A stretch of 64,000 nucleotides of DNA from Macrostomum lignano (lineage: Eukaryota), in contig NIVC01000176.1 in the NCBI GenBank assembly GCA_002269645.1, positions 620,001-684,000 of the forward strand, written 5' to 3'. The notes below the pieces were generated by a model. It had not been told where the DNA came from. It ran no database searches and was given only the letters and a program-made list of their open reading frames with translations. Positions 22,601 through 50,640 of the stretch are shown here, in pieces; within the stretch, counting starts at the first letter, position 1; every line of letters starts with the position of its first letter. Made by a program: the position numbers and the translations under genes.

Positions 22601-22879
22601 AGTCAAGTAATGAAGTACTTTCTATAGCAAGTTAGAGTATAATATGAATATGAAATGATCTTTAGTATAGTCTGTTGGTTGATTTATATGCTCGTAGGCT
22701 ATAAGTATTTGAATAGCTTAGACTATACATACTTACTGGGGCGCAAATGGGGTAACAGCTGAGTAATTATGGGAATTCCGGGTAACTACTAGTGAAGGAC
22801 TTTTCTTTATTGAATACGATTATTGTTAAAATACTGGTAATCACTAATACTTGAATTCATTCATTTCAGCCTTTGTCAA

Positions 22880-37070
<14,191 letters not shown>

Positions 37071-37289
37071 AGCGAAATATCCTCCCCCTATGCTGAAGCC
37101 GTCTAGAAACTGTATACAATCATTACAGTAACGTATTTTCAAGCCTTAATATTTATGTAAACATGTTGAATTGTGTAAGTTTATTTATATATGTTTTTAT
37201 CTACAGCTGAATACAAAAGAAGAGCAAATTGACATTTTCTTTTTCTCTTCTATTAAGGATCTCTACTTAGAACAGAATACCTGCTTCAT

Positions 37290-38392
37290 TGTGACTTCAG
37301 TAAGCCACCCTGACTTCAGTAAGCCACCCTAATCAGACTTCAGTAAGCCACCCTAATCAGACTTCAGTAAGCCACCCTAATCTGACTTCAGTAAGCCACC
37401 CTGATCTGACTTCAGTAAGCCACCCTAATCAGACTTCAGTAAGCCACCTTGACTTCAGTAAGCCACCCTGACTTCAGTAAGCCACCCTAATCTGACTTCA
37501 GTAAGCCACCCTGACTTCAGTAAGCCACCCTAATCTGACTTCAGTAAGCCACCCTAATCTGACTTCAGTAAGCCACCCTAATCTGACTTCAGTAAGCCAC
37601 CCTAATCTGACTTCAGTAAGCCACCCTAATCTGACTTCAGTAAGCCACCCTAATCTGACTTCAGTAAGCCACCCTAATCTGACTTCAGTAAGCCACCCTA
37701 ATCAGACTTCAGTAAGCCACCCTAATCTGACTTCAGTAAGCCACCCTAATCTGACTTCAGTAAGCCACCCTAATCTGACTTCAGTAAGCCACCCTAATCT
37801 GACTTCAGTAAGCCACCCTAATCTGACTTCAGTAAGCCACCCTGACTTCAGTAAGCCACCCTAATCTGACTTCAGTAAGCCACCCTAATCAGACTTCAGT
37901 AAGCCACCCTAATCTGACTTCAGTAAGCCACCCTAATCTGACTTCAGTAAGCCACCCTGACTTCAGTAAGCCACCCTAATCTGACTTCAGTAAGCCACCC
38001 TGACTTCAGTAAGCCACCCTAATCTGACTTCAGTAAGCCACCCTAATCAGACTTCAGTAAGCCACCCTAATCTGACTTCAGTAAGCCACCCTAATCTGAC
38101 TTCAGTAAGCCACCCTAATCTGACTTCAGTAAGCCACCCTAATCTGACTTCAGTAAGCCACCCTGACTTCAGTAAGCCACCCTAATCTGACTTCAGTAAG
38201 CCACCCTAATCTGACTTCAGTAAGCCACCCTAATCTGATTTCAGTAAGCCACCCTAATCTGACTTCAGTAAGCCACCCTAATCTGACTTCAGTAAGCCAC
38301 CCTAATCTGACTTCAGTAAGCCACCCTAATCTGACTTCAGTAAGCCACCCTAATCTGACTTCAGTAAGCCACCCTGACTTCAGTAAGCCACC
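37290..38392. repeat. 24-bp minisatellite (gacttcagtaagccaccctaatct) with 19-bp variant
   Basis: Tandem copies downstream of FHAD1. Confidence 0.95.
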
Positions 38393-38809
38393 CCTTACAT
38401 TAATTATCTCAAGCCATGCTTGTTGGCTTTCACTTTTGCACTATTAGTATATGTAGCTTGCTCACTGACCTTCTCTGTTACTTTCACATGATGCCCAATT
38501 TTATTTCTGTATGTGTAATTTACCTATTCTTTCTTGTTCGTTTTATTTAAGATTACACAAGCTACATACAGATATTTTGTAGCAGTCTATCAGCTGATAA
38601 AGCTATTTGGTTTTCTGACGATAGAAATAGTTTTCTTCGTGTCGATTCTTTATTGTTTCTTTGCTAATGTTGCTGCACACTTCAGACACTACTTACAGTA
38701 GCTGAATTGCGGCGCAGATATGAATTTTCATATCTAAATATTTACTAAAATTATATTTCGACTACGAATTACTGGATTTTAAAGAATTGCTAACCCCTAA
38801 ATCTTTATT

Positions 38810-39655
38810 CCGGCGCCCCCTAGACACTTTGATACCGGCGCCTCCTAGACACTTTGATTCCGGCGCCCCTAGACACCTTGATACCGGCGCCCCTAGACAC
38901 TTTGATTCCGGCGCCCCTAGACACTTTGATACCGGCGCCCCTAGACACTTTGATTCCGGCGCCCCTAGACACCTTGATACTGGCGCCCCTAGACACTTTG
39001 ATTCCGGCGCCCCCTAGACACCTTGATACCGGCGCCCCTAGACACCTTGATTCCGGCGCCCCCTAGACACTTTGATACCGGCGCCCCTAGACACTTTGAT
39101 TCCGGCGCCCCCTAGACACCTTGATACCGGCGCCCCTAGACACTTTGATACCGGCGCCCCTAGACACTTTGATACCGGCGCCCCTAGACACTTTGATTCC
39201 GGCGCCCCCTAGACACCTTGATACCGGCGCCCCTAGACACCTTGATTCCGGCGCCCCCTAGACACTTTGATACCGGCGCCCCTAGACACTTTGATTCCGG
39301 CGCCCCTAGACACCTTGATACCGGCGCCCCTAGACACCTTGATTCCGGCGCCCCCTAGACACTTTGATACCGGCGCCCCTAGACACTTTGATACCGGCGC
39401 CCCTAGACACCTTGATTCCGGCGCCCCCTAGACACTTTGATTCCGGCGCCCCCTAGACACTTTGATACCGGCGCCCCTAGACACCTTGATTCCGGCGCCC
39501 CCTAGACACTTTGATACCGGCGCCCCTAGACACCTTGATTCCGGCGCCCCTTGACACAGCTTGATTCCGGCGCTCCTAGACACTTTGATACCGGCGCCCC
39601 TAGACACCTTGATTCCGGCGCCCCTTGACACAGCTTGATTCCGGCGCTCCTAGAC
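38810..39655. repeat. 24/25-bp minisatellite (gataccggcgcccctagacacttt)
   Basis: Tandem copies. Confidence 0.95.
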
Positions 39656-40274
39656 ATATTTTTCTTCTGGTGCTATTTAAATATCTTCATCAACACTTCA
39701 AAGCAATTAGAACCATACAGTACAGACTAACAATTTGGGATTCTATCTGTCTATCCCCTTCCTTGAAATCGTGTCCCATATGAGTCTATAATTGACAAAT
39801 ACTACCAGCAGAATTTTGTCCACGTGGAATATCCTCTTCAAATAGAATGTGACCAGCAGTGGCCCGCATCTTCTATTACCTGAGTGTGGAGAATCCCATC
39901 TTATAAAATCCTATTTATATTTATAAGGACCCGCATCCGCGATGCGTGCTTGAAGAAAAGACCAACAGACAGTTTGAGAAGAAATTTCGGAGCTTTGAGT
40001 TTAGAGCTCAAAGAAGACGAATGATGATGGTAGCTAAAATTGTGTGTCTAATTGCTCATCTGCGGTGGAAGTTATGGGGATATCATGTATAGGGGTTAGA
40101 GCTAAGGCAGCAGGGCGTGTTGCGCGCGTGGAGTCTCACTTAGCTTTTAGAAGAGTGGGGTGACTCACTTGCTCGCTTCAGTGGCGCGTGGTACAGTGCA
40201 AGGTGATCTTGAAACAAAGAATCTGGATTGTCACCCTGTTTTACACCACAATGATGCAGATTTGATAGGAGCTC

Positions 40275-41425
40275 AAAACTTCACGATAAGCTCTCGAAAC
40301 TTCACGATAAGCTCTTGAAACTTCACGATAAGCTCTCGAAACTTCATTATAAGCTCTCGAAACTTCACGATAAGCTCTCGAAACTTCACGATAAGCTCTC
40401 GAAACTTCACGATAAGCTCTTGAAACTTCACGATAAGCTCTCGAAACTTCACGATAAGCTCTCAAAACTTCACGATAAGCTCTCGAAACTTCATGATAAG
40501 CTCTCGAAACTTCATGATAAGCTCTCGAAACTTCACGATAAGCTCTTGAAACTTCATGATAAGCTCTCGAAACTTCATGATAAGCTCTCGAAACTTCATG
40601 ATAAGCTCTCGAAACTTCACGATAAGCTCTTGAAACTTCATGATAAGCTCTCGAAACTTCACGATAAGCTCTCGAAACTTCACGATAAGCTCTTGAAACT
40701 TCACGATAAGCTCTCGAAACTTCATGATAAGCTCTCGAAACTTCATGATAAGCTCTCGAAACTTCATGATAAGCTCTCGAAACTTCATGATAAGCTCTCG
40801 AAACTTCACGATAAGCTCTCGAAACTTCACGATAAGCTCTTGAAACTTCATGATAAGCTCTCGAAACTTCACGATAAGCTCTCGAAACTTCACGATAAGC
40901 TCTCGAAACTTCATGATAAGCTCTCGAAACTTCATGATAAGCTCTCGAAACTTCACGATAAGCTCTCGAAACTTCATGATAAGCTCTCGAAACTTCACGA
41001 TAAGCTCTCGAAACTTCACGATAAGCTCTCGAAACTTCACGATAAGCTCTCGAAACTTCATGATAAGCTCTCGAAACTTCACGATAAGCTCTCGAAACTT
41101 CACGATAAGCTCTCGAAACTTCACGATAAGCTCTTGAAACTTCATGATAAGCTCTCGAAACTTCACGATAAGCTCTCGAAACTTCACGATAAGCTCTTGA
41201 AACTTCATGATAAGCTCTCGAAACTTCACGATAAGCTCTCGAAACTTCACGATAAGCTCTCGAAACTTCATGATAAGCTCTCGAAACTTCACGATAAGCT
41301 CTCGAAACTTCACGATAAGCTCTCGAAACTTCACGATAAGCTCTCGAAACTTCACGATAAGCTCTCGAAACTTCACGATAAGCTCTCGAAACTTCACGAT
41401 AAGCTCTCGAAACTTCATGATAAGC
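40275..41425. repeat. 21-bp minisatellite (aaacttcacgataagctctcg)
   Basis: Tandem copies; source of spurious ORFs 40315-41454 and 40462-41511. Confidence 0.95.
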
Positions 41426-41505
41426 TGCGGAAGTGTAGCTCGTCTAACAAATAGTAGGAAAATAAACGTCAACAAAAACATAAAAAGTAAACTTTGTTTA
41501 ATTCT

Positions 41506-41546
41506 AGCCAACGCGTTTCGTCAAACACAAGACGTCGTCAGGGCAA
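41506..41546 (-). ncRNA. Minimal type I hammerhead ribozyme motif (Penelope/retrozyme-like)
   Basis: Minus strand reads UUGCC-CUGACGA-C-GUC(uuguguuu)GAC-GAAA-CGCG-UU-GGC: core, stem II, palindromic stem III and a short stem I. Confidence 0.7.
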
Positions 41547-41743
41547 ATTCAATCAACCTAAGATCACACCACCAATATATTTAAGCAAAAATCACTGTAC
41601 AGTCCAGAGGCAGGTCAAAACAGTTTTTGTTTCAAAACAGAACTTGTTTCAATTGAAAACTACGTACATTAATTTATATTGTGTATTCAACTTATTACAG
41701 GTATATTTATTCAACTGTTTATTCAAATTTTCTATTTTATTAC

Positions 41744-41783
41744 TGCCCTGACGATGACCTACAAAGGTCGAAATGCATTGGCA
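41744..41783 (+). ncRNA. Minimal type I hammerhead ribozyme motif (Penelope/retrozyme-like)
   Basis: UGCC-CUGACGA-U-GACC(uacaaa)GGUC-GAAA-UGCA-UU-GGCA. Confidence 0.72.
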
Positions 41784-42564
41784 ATTAAATTAAAGCAAAT
41801 AAAATCAAGTTAATGTTTGTTCTCTCATTCATTTTATTCCTATTTATTAAAGCGAGCTACTCTACCAGAAGCTTGAAAAAGAAACTTTCGAAAATCGAGG
41901 GTTGCCCTAGGATAAGATGGCGACTCAACCAGATTCTCTATGAAAAATCTCCTTGAACAATCAATTCAGTCTTGACTTATTACGCGGCCACTGGGTGAGC
42001 CTAGGTGCAACAGCAACCCTTCATCTCCTCTTCAAGTTCTTGTATCGTAGACTATTCTTAGAAAAAACCCGCAGATTTTTAAAACCGGGCCTTCATTTCT
42101 TAGCCCCCCCCCCCCTACTCATCCCTCAGGGGGGCGGCAGCTCCTCAGACCGACCCGTTCCTACCTGCCACTTGTAAGAGGCGCGCATGCGGGGCGGGAT
42201 CTGCGGGGAGAACGGAGGAGCCCAACTGTTCATCTCGCCTCGCTGCCACCTTTGTGGCTTTCTGCTGGTTGATGTGGGTGGCCCTTGTAGAGCCCCTCCG
42301 GGGGATGGGGGGGCTGGTCCTGTGGTGGGCGTGAATCAGTCAGTCCCCCTAGCAACTAAGAGCTTCGCTTGCTTGCAAATTTCTGATTCTAATTCTTATC
42401 AATCTCCAATATCCCAGTTGCAATATGGGGCCTATGGGGTTAAATTCGTTGTAAAAAATTCGATTGGAGAAGTTTTGAATCATTAATAATATTGCTCATT
42501 TGACATAATTATGAGACATTGTGGTGAAAATTTTGTTGATAACTTTTTAAGAGGAATGACAACG

Positions 42565-43210
42565 AGAGACAGGGGAAAGACAGGGAGAGACAGGGGAGAG
42601 ACAGCGGAGAGACAGCGGAGAGACAGCGGAGAGACAGGGCAAAGACAGGGCAAAGACAGGGGAGAGACAAGGGAGAGACAGGGCAAAGACAGGGGAGAGA
42701 CAGGGCAAAGACAGGGGAGAGACAGGGCAAAGACAGGGGAGAGACAGGGGAGAGACAGGGCAAAAACAGGGGAAAGACAGGGCAAAGACAGGGGAGAGAC
42801 AAGGGAGAGACAGGGCAAAGACAGGGGAGAGATAGGGGAGAGACAAGGGAGAGACAAGGGAGAGACAGGGCAAAGACAGGGGAGAGACAGGGCAAAGACA
42901 GGGGAGAGACAAGGGAGAGACAGGGGAGAGACAGGGCAAAGACAGGGGAGAGACAGGGCAAAGACAGGGGAGAGACAATGGAGAGACAGGGGAGAGACAG
43001 GGGAGAGACAGGGCAAAGACAGAGAGCGACAGGGGAGAGACAGGGCAAAGACAGGGGAGAGACAAGGGAGAGACAGGGCAAAGACAGGGGAGAGACAGGG
43101 CAAAGACAGGGGAGAGACAAGGGAGAGACAGGGCAAAGACAGGGGAGAGACAGGGCAAAGACAGGGGAGAGACAATGGAGAGACAGGGGAGCGACGGGGG
43201 AGAGACAGCA
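42565..43210. repeat. A/G-rich 12-bp-type repeat (agacaggggag / agacagggcaa)
   Basis: Tandem copies. Confidence 0.9.
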
Positions 43211-44214
43211 GAGATGGCTGGAGCAGAAACGTAAATCAACATCAGTTTTAAAGTGGTTTAACATAGACCCACGCGTCAAACCGAAAAGCATAATTAGTAG
43301 TCAGCTCGCACCATCAATATCAAGTTTCGGTCACAAGGTACCCTTGTATGTCATCACTCATTACATATCTTACATCACAAAAATGACATCGTAAATCTGT
43401 ATATGAAGGACAGAAAATTTCAATTGATTTCTACAACGACACAATTTCGGCAACATGTTGCAGTGGGTATATAATTAATAAATACAACAAGCTACTGAAA
43501 TTCATCTTAATGATTAAACATGAATCGCCTTACGAACTACCTGACAGATGGGTGAAGGCACTCTATAGTTGAAGTAATGAAAATATGGAATATGATAAAA
43601 TTGCTGTCCAACATATTAATAATCACTTTGCAAAGAGAAGTCTTGATAGAGTTATATTATCTCAAGATTGCAGCTTTATTAGACAGAAAATGATACAATA
43701 TCTGAATCCCAATGCAGCTCGACTAAAAAAAACTTTTCATTTCCTCAACAGATGGTTTATTATAAACAGCATCGACTCGCGAAACGCTCAAGCCGTCTGT
43801 TCTTTGATTTTTTCTCTGCTTTTTTTCAACCCACTGTGTCTGTCGGTCCTTCTTTCTCAATGGTCCGCATCTCCCTCAATCTCCTTCTAGTCTGTCTGAT
43901 CAGGAAAAAAAATTTCCGTTTCAATGCTTGGCTTCTAGAAGCAACAGAAACACGTAAAGTGATTGCAGAATTTGATGGGAAGAATTGAGAGGGTCCCACA
44001 GCAGCTCCCTCACCTGTCCTAAAAGTCAGTCAAGGATTTACGAAACACGAGCATGAATATTATTATTGCTAAATGTTGTTGAGCTTGTCTTTCACTCTCT
44101 TGAAGCAGAAAAATCTGCAAATTTCTGGCCCTTGGCTTGCCTCCCACTTGAGGGGAATCTGGCACAGACAGTTGGAATCAGTGAGCCTACTTGATCTAGC
44201 CTACTCACTCTAAA

Positions 44215-44840
44215 TCCCATCTCCATCCCCCTAACTAAATCCCATCTCCCTCTAACTAAATCCTATCTCCCTCTATCTAAATCCCATCTCCCTCTAACTA
44301 AATCCTATCTCCCTCTATCTAAATCCCATCTCCCTCTATCTAAATCCCATCTCCCTCTAACAAAATCCCATCTCCCTCTATCTAAATTCCACCTCCCTTT
44401 ATCTAAATTCCATCTCCATCCATCTAAATCCCATCTCCTTCCATCTAAATCCCATCTCCCTCTATCTAAATCCCATCTCTCTCTAACAAAATCCCATCCC
44501 CCTTACTCTAAATTCCATCTCCCTTACTCTAAATTCCATCTCCATCCATCTAAATCCCATCTCCCTCTATCTAAATCCCATCTCCCTTTATCTAAATCCC
44601 ATCTCCCTTACTCTAAATTCCATCTCCCTTACTCTAAATTCCATCTCCCTTTATCTAAATCCCATCTCCCTCTATCTAAATCCCATCTCCCTCTATCTAA
44701 ATCTCATCTCTCTCTATCTAAATCCCATCTCCCTCACTCTAAATCCCATCTCCCTCTATCTAAATCCCATCTCCCTCTATCTAAATCCCATTTCCCTCTA
44801 ACTAAATCCCATCTCTCTCTATCAAAATCCCATTTCCCAA
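44215..44840. repeat. ~21-bp minisatellite (aaatcccatctccctctatct)
   Basis: Tandem copies; the same family is inverted at 48125-48450. Confidence 0.9.
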
Positions 44841-45714
44841 GACTAAGTTAAGAGCCAGTCCAATCGCCGAAAATCGAAAGTTTCCAAGCTTTCAATCTTC
44901 AACTTACAGATAGTTGCTATGCATTGCAATAAATTTGGTAAATACAGAGTCGCCCGAGTAAAGGACTAATTCTGGATATTATGCATCGCACACATTATAT
45001 ATATGTATAAACAGTATACAAATCGAAGCTGTGATAACCGTAACGCAGGCAGCCAGTCTGTCGCGTGGTCAATAATAGGTACTGAAATTTCCGATGATGA
45101 TGATGGGAATTACTAGCTAAATACCCCTGCTTAGCAACTATATAGTGGATGCGAATTTATACACGCCATGTGCAGTTTTATTGCCAGGTTCAGCGAAGCC
45201 GTAGCAATGGCCTTTATTTATACTTGAATTGCTCTTGTTTCTTGAAACTATAAACTATAAAAACTCTGAAGCAGACTTGCGAGAGATTATAAACATTCAC
45301 CAGAATTTTTGCTTGTCCACTTTGTCACCACACCATGCAGCTGGATCTGATAGAGTTGCTGCAGAAATTGCTTTCGTTTGTTTAAAAAGTCCCACACATC
45401 ACGGACCGTCTCCCTATGCGGGGAACCAGCTTCCATATTTAGATGCTTTTTTGATTATCAAACCCAAGACTATACGGCACCAGCAATTCCAGGTATACAG
45501 CGCTGGGTTGTTCGACGCTGTAAATGCTGATTGCGCGGTACTTGATGTCCCGAAAGTCGTAAAAAATACGGAATTGTGCATAAGCCAGCCACCAAGATTA
45601 TTTAAGCTATAGATTTGTGTTCTTGTGGTCACAGAAATTGTTTTGAATCTGAATTCGAAAGCTTCTGATTGACTCTTTTGGGGGGGGGGGCGGTAATAAT
45701 GCAAAATTTACGTT

Positions 45715-46388
45715 TCCGAAGATGTCTCGAAGGTCCTGAAGGTGTCTCGAGGATCCTGAAGGTGTCTCGAAGGTCCTGAAGGTGTCTCAAAGGTCCTGAA
45801 GGTGTCTCGAGGGTTCTGAAGGTGTTTCAAAGGTTCTGAAGGTTTTTCGAAGGTCCTGAAGGTGTCTCGAAGGTCCTGAAGGTGTCTCGAGGGTTCTGAA
45901 GGTGTCTCAAAGGTTCTGAAGGTTTCTCGAAGGTCCTGAAGGTGTCTCGAGGGTCCTGAAGGTTTCTCAAAGGTCCTGAAGGTGTCTCGAGGGTCCTGAA
46001 GGTTTCTCAAAGGTCCTGAGGGTTTCTCAAAGGTCCCGAAGGTCCCGAAGGTCCCGAAGGTCCCGAAGGTCCCGAAGGTCCCGAAGGTCCCGAAGGTCCC
46101 GAAGGTCCCGAAGGTCCCGAAGGTCCCGAAGGTCCCGAAGGTCCCGAAGGTCCCGAAGGTCCCGAAGGTCCCGAAGGTCCCGAAGGTCCCGAAGGTCCCG
46201 AAGGTCCCGAAGGTCACGAAGGTCCCGAAGGTCACGAAGGTCACGAAGGTCACGAAGGTCCCGAAGGTCCCGAAGGTCCCGAAGGTCCCGAAGGTCCCGA
46301 AGGTCCCGAAGGTCCCGAAGGTCCCGAAGGTCCCGAAGGTCCCGAAGGTCCCGAAGGTCCCGAAGGTCACGAAGGTCCTGAAGGTCCT
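45715..46388. repeat. 21-bp unit (gaaggtgtctcgaaggtcct-type) collapsing to a 9-bp unit (gaaggtccc)n
   Basis: Tandem copies. Confidence 0.95.
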
Positions 46389-46899
46389 AAATAGGCAAGC
46401 GTGTTGTCCATGAATTCTAATTCAGTTTATCAATACCTTAGGCTAACGCTTTTACAGCTTTTTGTTGCTAAGTGCAATGGCCCATGGCCGCCACCGCCGC
46501 CACCGCTATCTGTCCCCTGTCCCCTCGAACGTCTTCTTCTATTTCGTATATGGATTCCAAAGGGGAAGCCTGGAAATTCCGCTGGTTGTCTGTCTAGAAG
46601 AGAAAGAGATGGCCGAACATTAAAAACCAACTCTGATAAGAGAAATCTCCCACTTGGGTGGCACTTGCCGTATATTTAATAGAAATAATATAGTCCCAAC
46701 AGGCCAAGAAGAAGTTGACCTTAAGAGTTTGGGCAGAATTTTTGCCGATTTGCTAGCATAGCGGCGGACATTAAAAATGTGGCAGAAAGGTTAAAACTGG
46801 GAAAAGTTATTTTCCTGGATGCCTGTTGTTGGGAGATAATTTCTACAGAAATGGCCGGCTTAAGATAGACCGGGCGGCGCCAGCTTCGGACATTAGGAC

Positions 46900-47520
46900 A
46901 TTGTGGAAATCAATTGAGACATTGTGGATCCAATTGAGACATTTTGGATCCAATTGAGACATTTTAGGATCCAATTGAGACATTGTGGATCCAATTTAGA
47001 TATTATTGGATCCAATTGAGACATTTTAGGATCCAATTGAGACATTTTAGGATCCAATTGAGACATTGTGGATCCAATTTAGATATTATTGGATCCAATT
47101 GAGACATTTTAGGATCCAATTGAGACATTTTAGGATCCAATTGAGACATTTTAGGATCCAATTGAGACATTGTGGATCCAATTGAGACATTGTGGATCCA
47201 ATTTAGATATTATTGGATCCAATTGAGACATTGTGGATCCAATTGAGACATTGTGGATCCAATTGAGACATTGTGGATCCAATTGAGACATTGTGGATCC
47301 AATTGAGACATTGTGGATTCAATTTAAATATTATAGGATCCAATTGAGACATTGTAGATCCAATCGAGACATTTTATAATCCAATTGAGACATTTTAGGA
47401 TCCAATTGAGACATATTTGGATCTAATTGAGACATTTTAGGATCCAATTAAGACATTTTGGATCCAATTGAGACATTTTTAACAAACTTAGACACTTGGG
47501 ATCCAATTAAGAAATTATGG
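46900..47520. repeat. 20-22-bp minisatellite (ggatccaattgagacattgt)
   Basis: Tandem copies. Confidence 0.9.
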
Positions 47521-48124
47521 ACATTGCCCATGTTGTACAATGATGCATCAATATAGGAAAAAGTCGGTCAGTGACTGGGCTGTGAAAAATGTCCCTAACT
47601 TTTTAGTCCCTCCCTAAGCCATATACAACGAGGTCGGGAATGGGTCGAATGGCCCGAAATTCTGCTGGTACGGAAGCCAAGAGATTCTGGGGAAGACTCA
47701 GACTCCATTCGGCCTCATCCCGCATTGATGAGGATTTCTCGCATGCCAAAATCTTCGGTTTTGACAAAAGCTCTTCCTTATGCGGGCGAGGAAGCAAACC
47801 TCATCTTTCTTCCCCATCAAGTTATCCCACATATCCTCATAAACTTCCTTTCTTATCTCTCTATAACCCTCAGACACCACCCCTCATTTATTCACAATGC
47901 CAAAGGGCTCTGTGTGTCTACAGACCCAGCCTTCATCATACGGGCTCTATGGACCATACTGTACAGACAGGCCCACCGCAGTCTCCAGTGTTCCCCTTGT
48001 CACATTCTATTCCTGTATTTATAGCATATAGAAGGATTGCTTAAGCTTTTCTTATAACTAATGTGTTAATATATAGGTTCTTCGTGTTCAGTTTTTAATA
48101 ATAACTTTCTATATAAGTCCTTTA

Positions 48125-48450
48125 CTAGCCTTCGATGGAGGGAGATGGGGTTTAGATTGAGATAGATGGGATTTGGAGTGAGGGAGATATGCTTTAGATG
48201 GAGGGGGATGGGATTTAGATGGAAGGAGATGAGATTTAGAGTGAGAGAGATGGGATTTAGATGGAGGGAGAAGGGACTTAGAGTGAGGGAGATGGGACTT
48301 AGAGTGAGGGAGATGGGATTTAGATAAAGGAAGATGTGATTTAGACAGAGGGAGATGGGACTTAGAGTGAGAGAGATGGGATTTAGATAAAGGAAGATGT
48401 GATTTAGACAGAGGGAGATGGGACTTAGAGTGAGGGAGATGGGATTCAGA
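48125..48450. repeat. ~21-bp minisatellite (gagggagatgggatttaga-type)
   Basis: Reverse-complement family of 44215-44840. Confidence 0.85.
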
Positions 48451-48954
48451 AGAAGTAAGATGTAAAGTGAGTATTAGGGGTATGTTTCCAAGAAGGCAAA
48501 ATTCAACTTCTATAGCAATAAAATGAATCAAATGAAACGTAAAACTTCGGAAAATTGTTGAAAATGGTGGCTTGAAGCCATAAAAAATCGAAGGAACGGA
48601 CACTGGAAACAAAGGTCCGCCAGAGTGTATCTGTGCGCACACATGCAATGATGGATTGCACTGTAAATGGACACTTCCAGTTTAGAATAAGTGGCAATGG
48701 CAATTAATATACAAACTTAGGCCGTTAAAGCTACGTTATTGCAATAATTGGCCACTTCAGTTTTTCCTTTGAAAATCGTGTTTTAACGAAATAATATTAT
48801 ATGCGAGAAAATTTACAATGTGGTGTATGTGTCGTCGTTTTTTGATTAAGGTCTCACGTGCTTCAGTGTCAGATAGATAGATCTGACCACAAATCTTGTG
48901 ATTGAAGATGAGCAGCATTAAGCTGACTGCGCAACTTGGGACTTTAATTACCTG

Positions 48955-49525
48955 ACCCTCAATCTGGACTCCTGATACTCAGTCTGGACTCCTGACACTC
49001 AATCTGGACTCCTGACACCCAATCTGGACTCCTGACAGTCGATCTGGACTCCTGACACCCAATCTGGACTCCTGACAGTCGATCTGGACTCCTGACACCC
49101 AATCTGGACTCCTGACAGTCGATCTGGACTCCTGACACCCAATCTGGACTCCTAACACTCAATATGGACTCCTGACACTTAAATCTGGACTCCTGACACT
49201 CAATCTGGACTCCTGACACTCAATATGGACTCCTGACACTTAATCTGGACTCCTGACACTCAATATGGACTCCTGACACCCAATCTGGACTCCTGACACT
49301 CAATCTGGACTCCTGACACTCAATCTGGACTCCTGACACTCAATCTGGACTCGGGATACTCAGTCTGGACTCCTGACACTCAATCTGGACTCCTGACACT
49401 CAAACTGGAATCGTGACACCCGAATAGCCGCCACTGACACCCGAATAGCCGCCACTGACACCCGGATAGCCGTCACTGACACCCGAATAGCCGTTACTGA
49501 CACCCGAATAGCCGCCCCCTGACAC
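48955..49525. repeat. 21-bp minisatellite (caatctggactcctgacact) and a following variant
   Basis: Tandem copies. Confidence 0.9.
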
Positions 49526-50109
49526 CCACGCAAAGCAGCTTCACGGAGCCATCAATGAGCACTGCTTCTGATGTTTGCCTTAAGCTTTGAAGAGCTGTAT
49601 CGCCTATCAGACAGAACAGCACACATTTCTCTCCCTTGTTGCGTCACTTCAGATTCCTTTTATCGCTTCATATCTTATCCATCCTTCAACTACATTTGAT
49701 GTCTCCGACAACAGGTTATATGCGATGTAATAAGCTTCACCTGAGCTAGCGATATCACAAAAGCGCAATTCCCATATAGCCCATACTCAGTGACGTCACA
49801 CAATTTCTGAGGGACTTATTATTTCTTTTATTGATCTCCAACTCACGGGAGTATTTAAGTCGAACGCGCCCGCATTTGCGATCCCCTTTGATAATGCGGA
49901 CTTCCCCAACTCCCTTGGGGAGCACGCGCTGTGATAAATTTTCAATGCGGGTGTAAAGAGGACGGAGGAGATAAAGGAAGGAAGGAAGGGGGGAGGGAGA
50001 CACGGGAAGTGTGGGCCACCATGGAGAACTTTCAAGTGTTGGAAGTCTGGAGCGGTAAACCCATTTTGCAGACTGAACTGAAGAATCTCTAGTTTGAACA
50101 TATATAGTG

Positions 50110-50580
50110 TTCACAAACTATGGAATCATCACAAACTATAGAATCTTCGCAAACTATAAAATCTTCACAAACTATAGAATCTTCACAAACTATAGAATCA
50201 TCACAAACTATACAATCCTCACAAACTATAGAATCATCACAAACTATACAATCCTCACAAACTTTAGAATATTCACAAACTATATAATCTTCACAAACTA
50301 TAGAATATTCACAAAATATAGAATCTTCACAAACTATAGAATCTTCACAAACTATAGAATCTTCACAAACTATAGAATCTTCACAAACTATACAATCTTC
50401 ACAAACTATAGAATCTTCACAAACTATAGAATCTTCACAAACTATAGAATCTTCACAAACTACACAATCTTCACAAACTATAGAATATTTAACAAACTAT
50501 ATAGACTCTTCACAAACTACAGAATGTTAAAAAACTATAGATTATTCAAAACTTATAGAATCTTTACAAACTACAATAGA
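50110..50580. repeat. 18-bp minisatellite (acaaactatagaatcttc)
   Basis: Tandem copies. Confidence 0.9.
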
Positions 50581-50640
50581 ATTACAATCTACAGCATGGC
50601 GGAAAACTTCAAACCCAAATAAAGCTATAATTCGGGTTGA

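Noticed and set aside
22325-22795. RFX X-box-like motifs upstream of the cilia-associated gene FHAD1
   Set aside because: Matches (attgctatagcata, attccggggtaac) have several mismatches to consensus.
37290-41425. Regular 21-25 bp repeats superficially like CRISPR arrays
   Set aside because: Head-to-tail units with no unique spacers, no cas genes, eukaryotic context.
47580-48050. Possible non-LTR retrotransposon remnant (RPIPDLVV-like peptide); similar remnant-like DNA at 43800-44200 and 52820-53100
   Set aside because: Short, interrupted frames and no second supporting motif; cannot be classified without a search.
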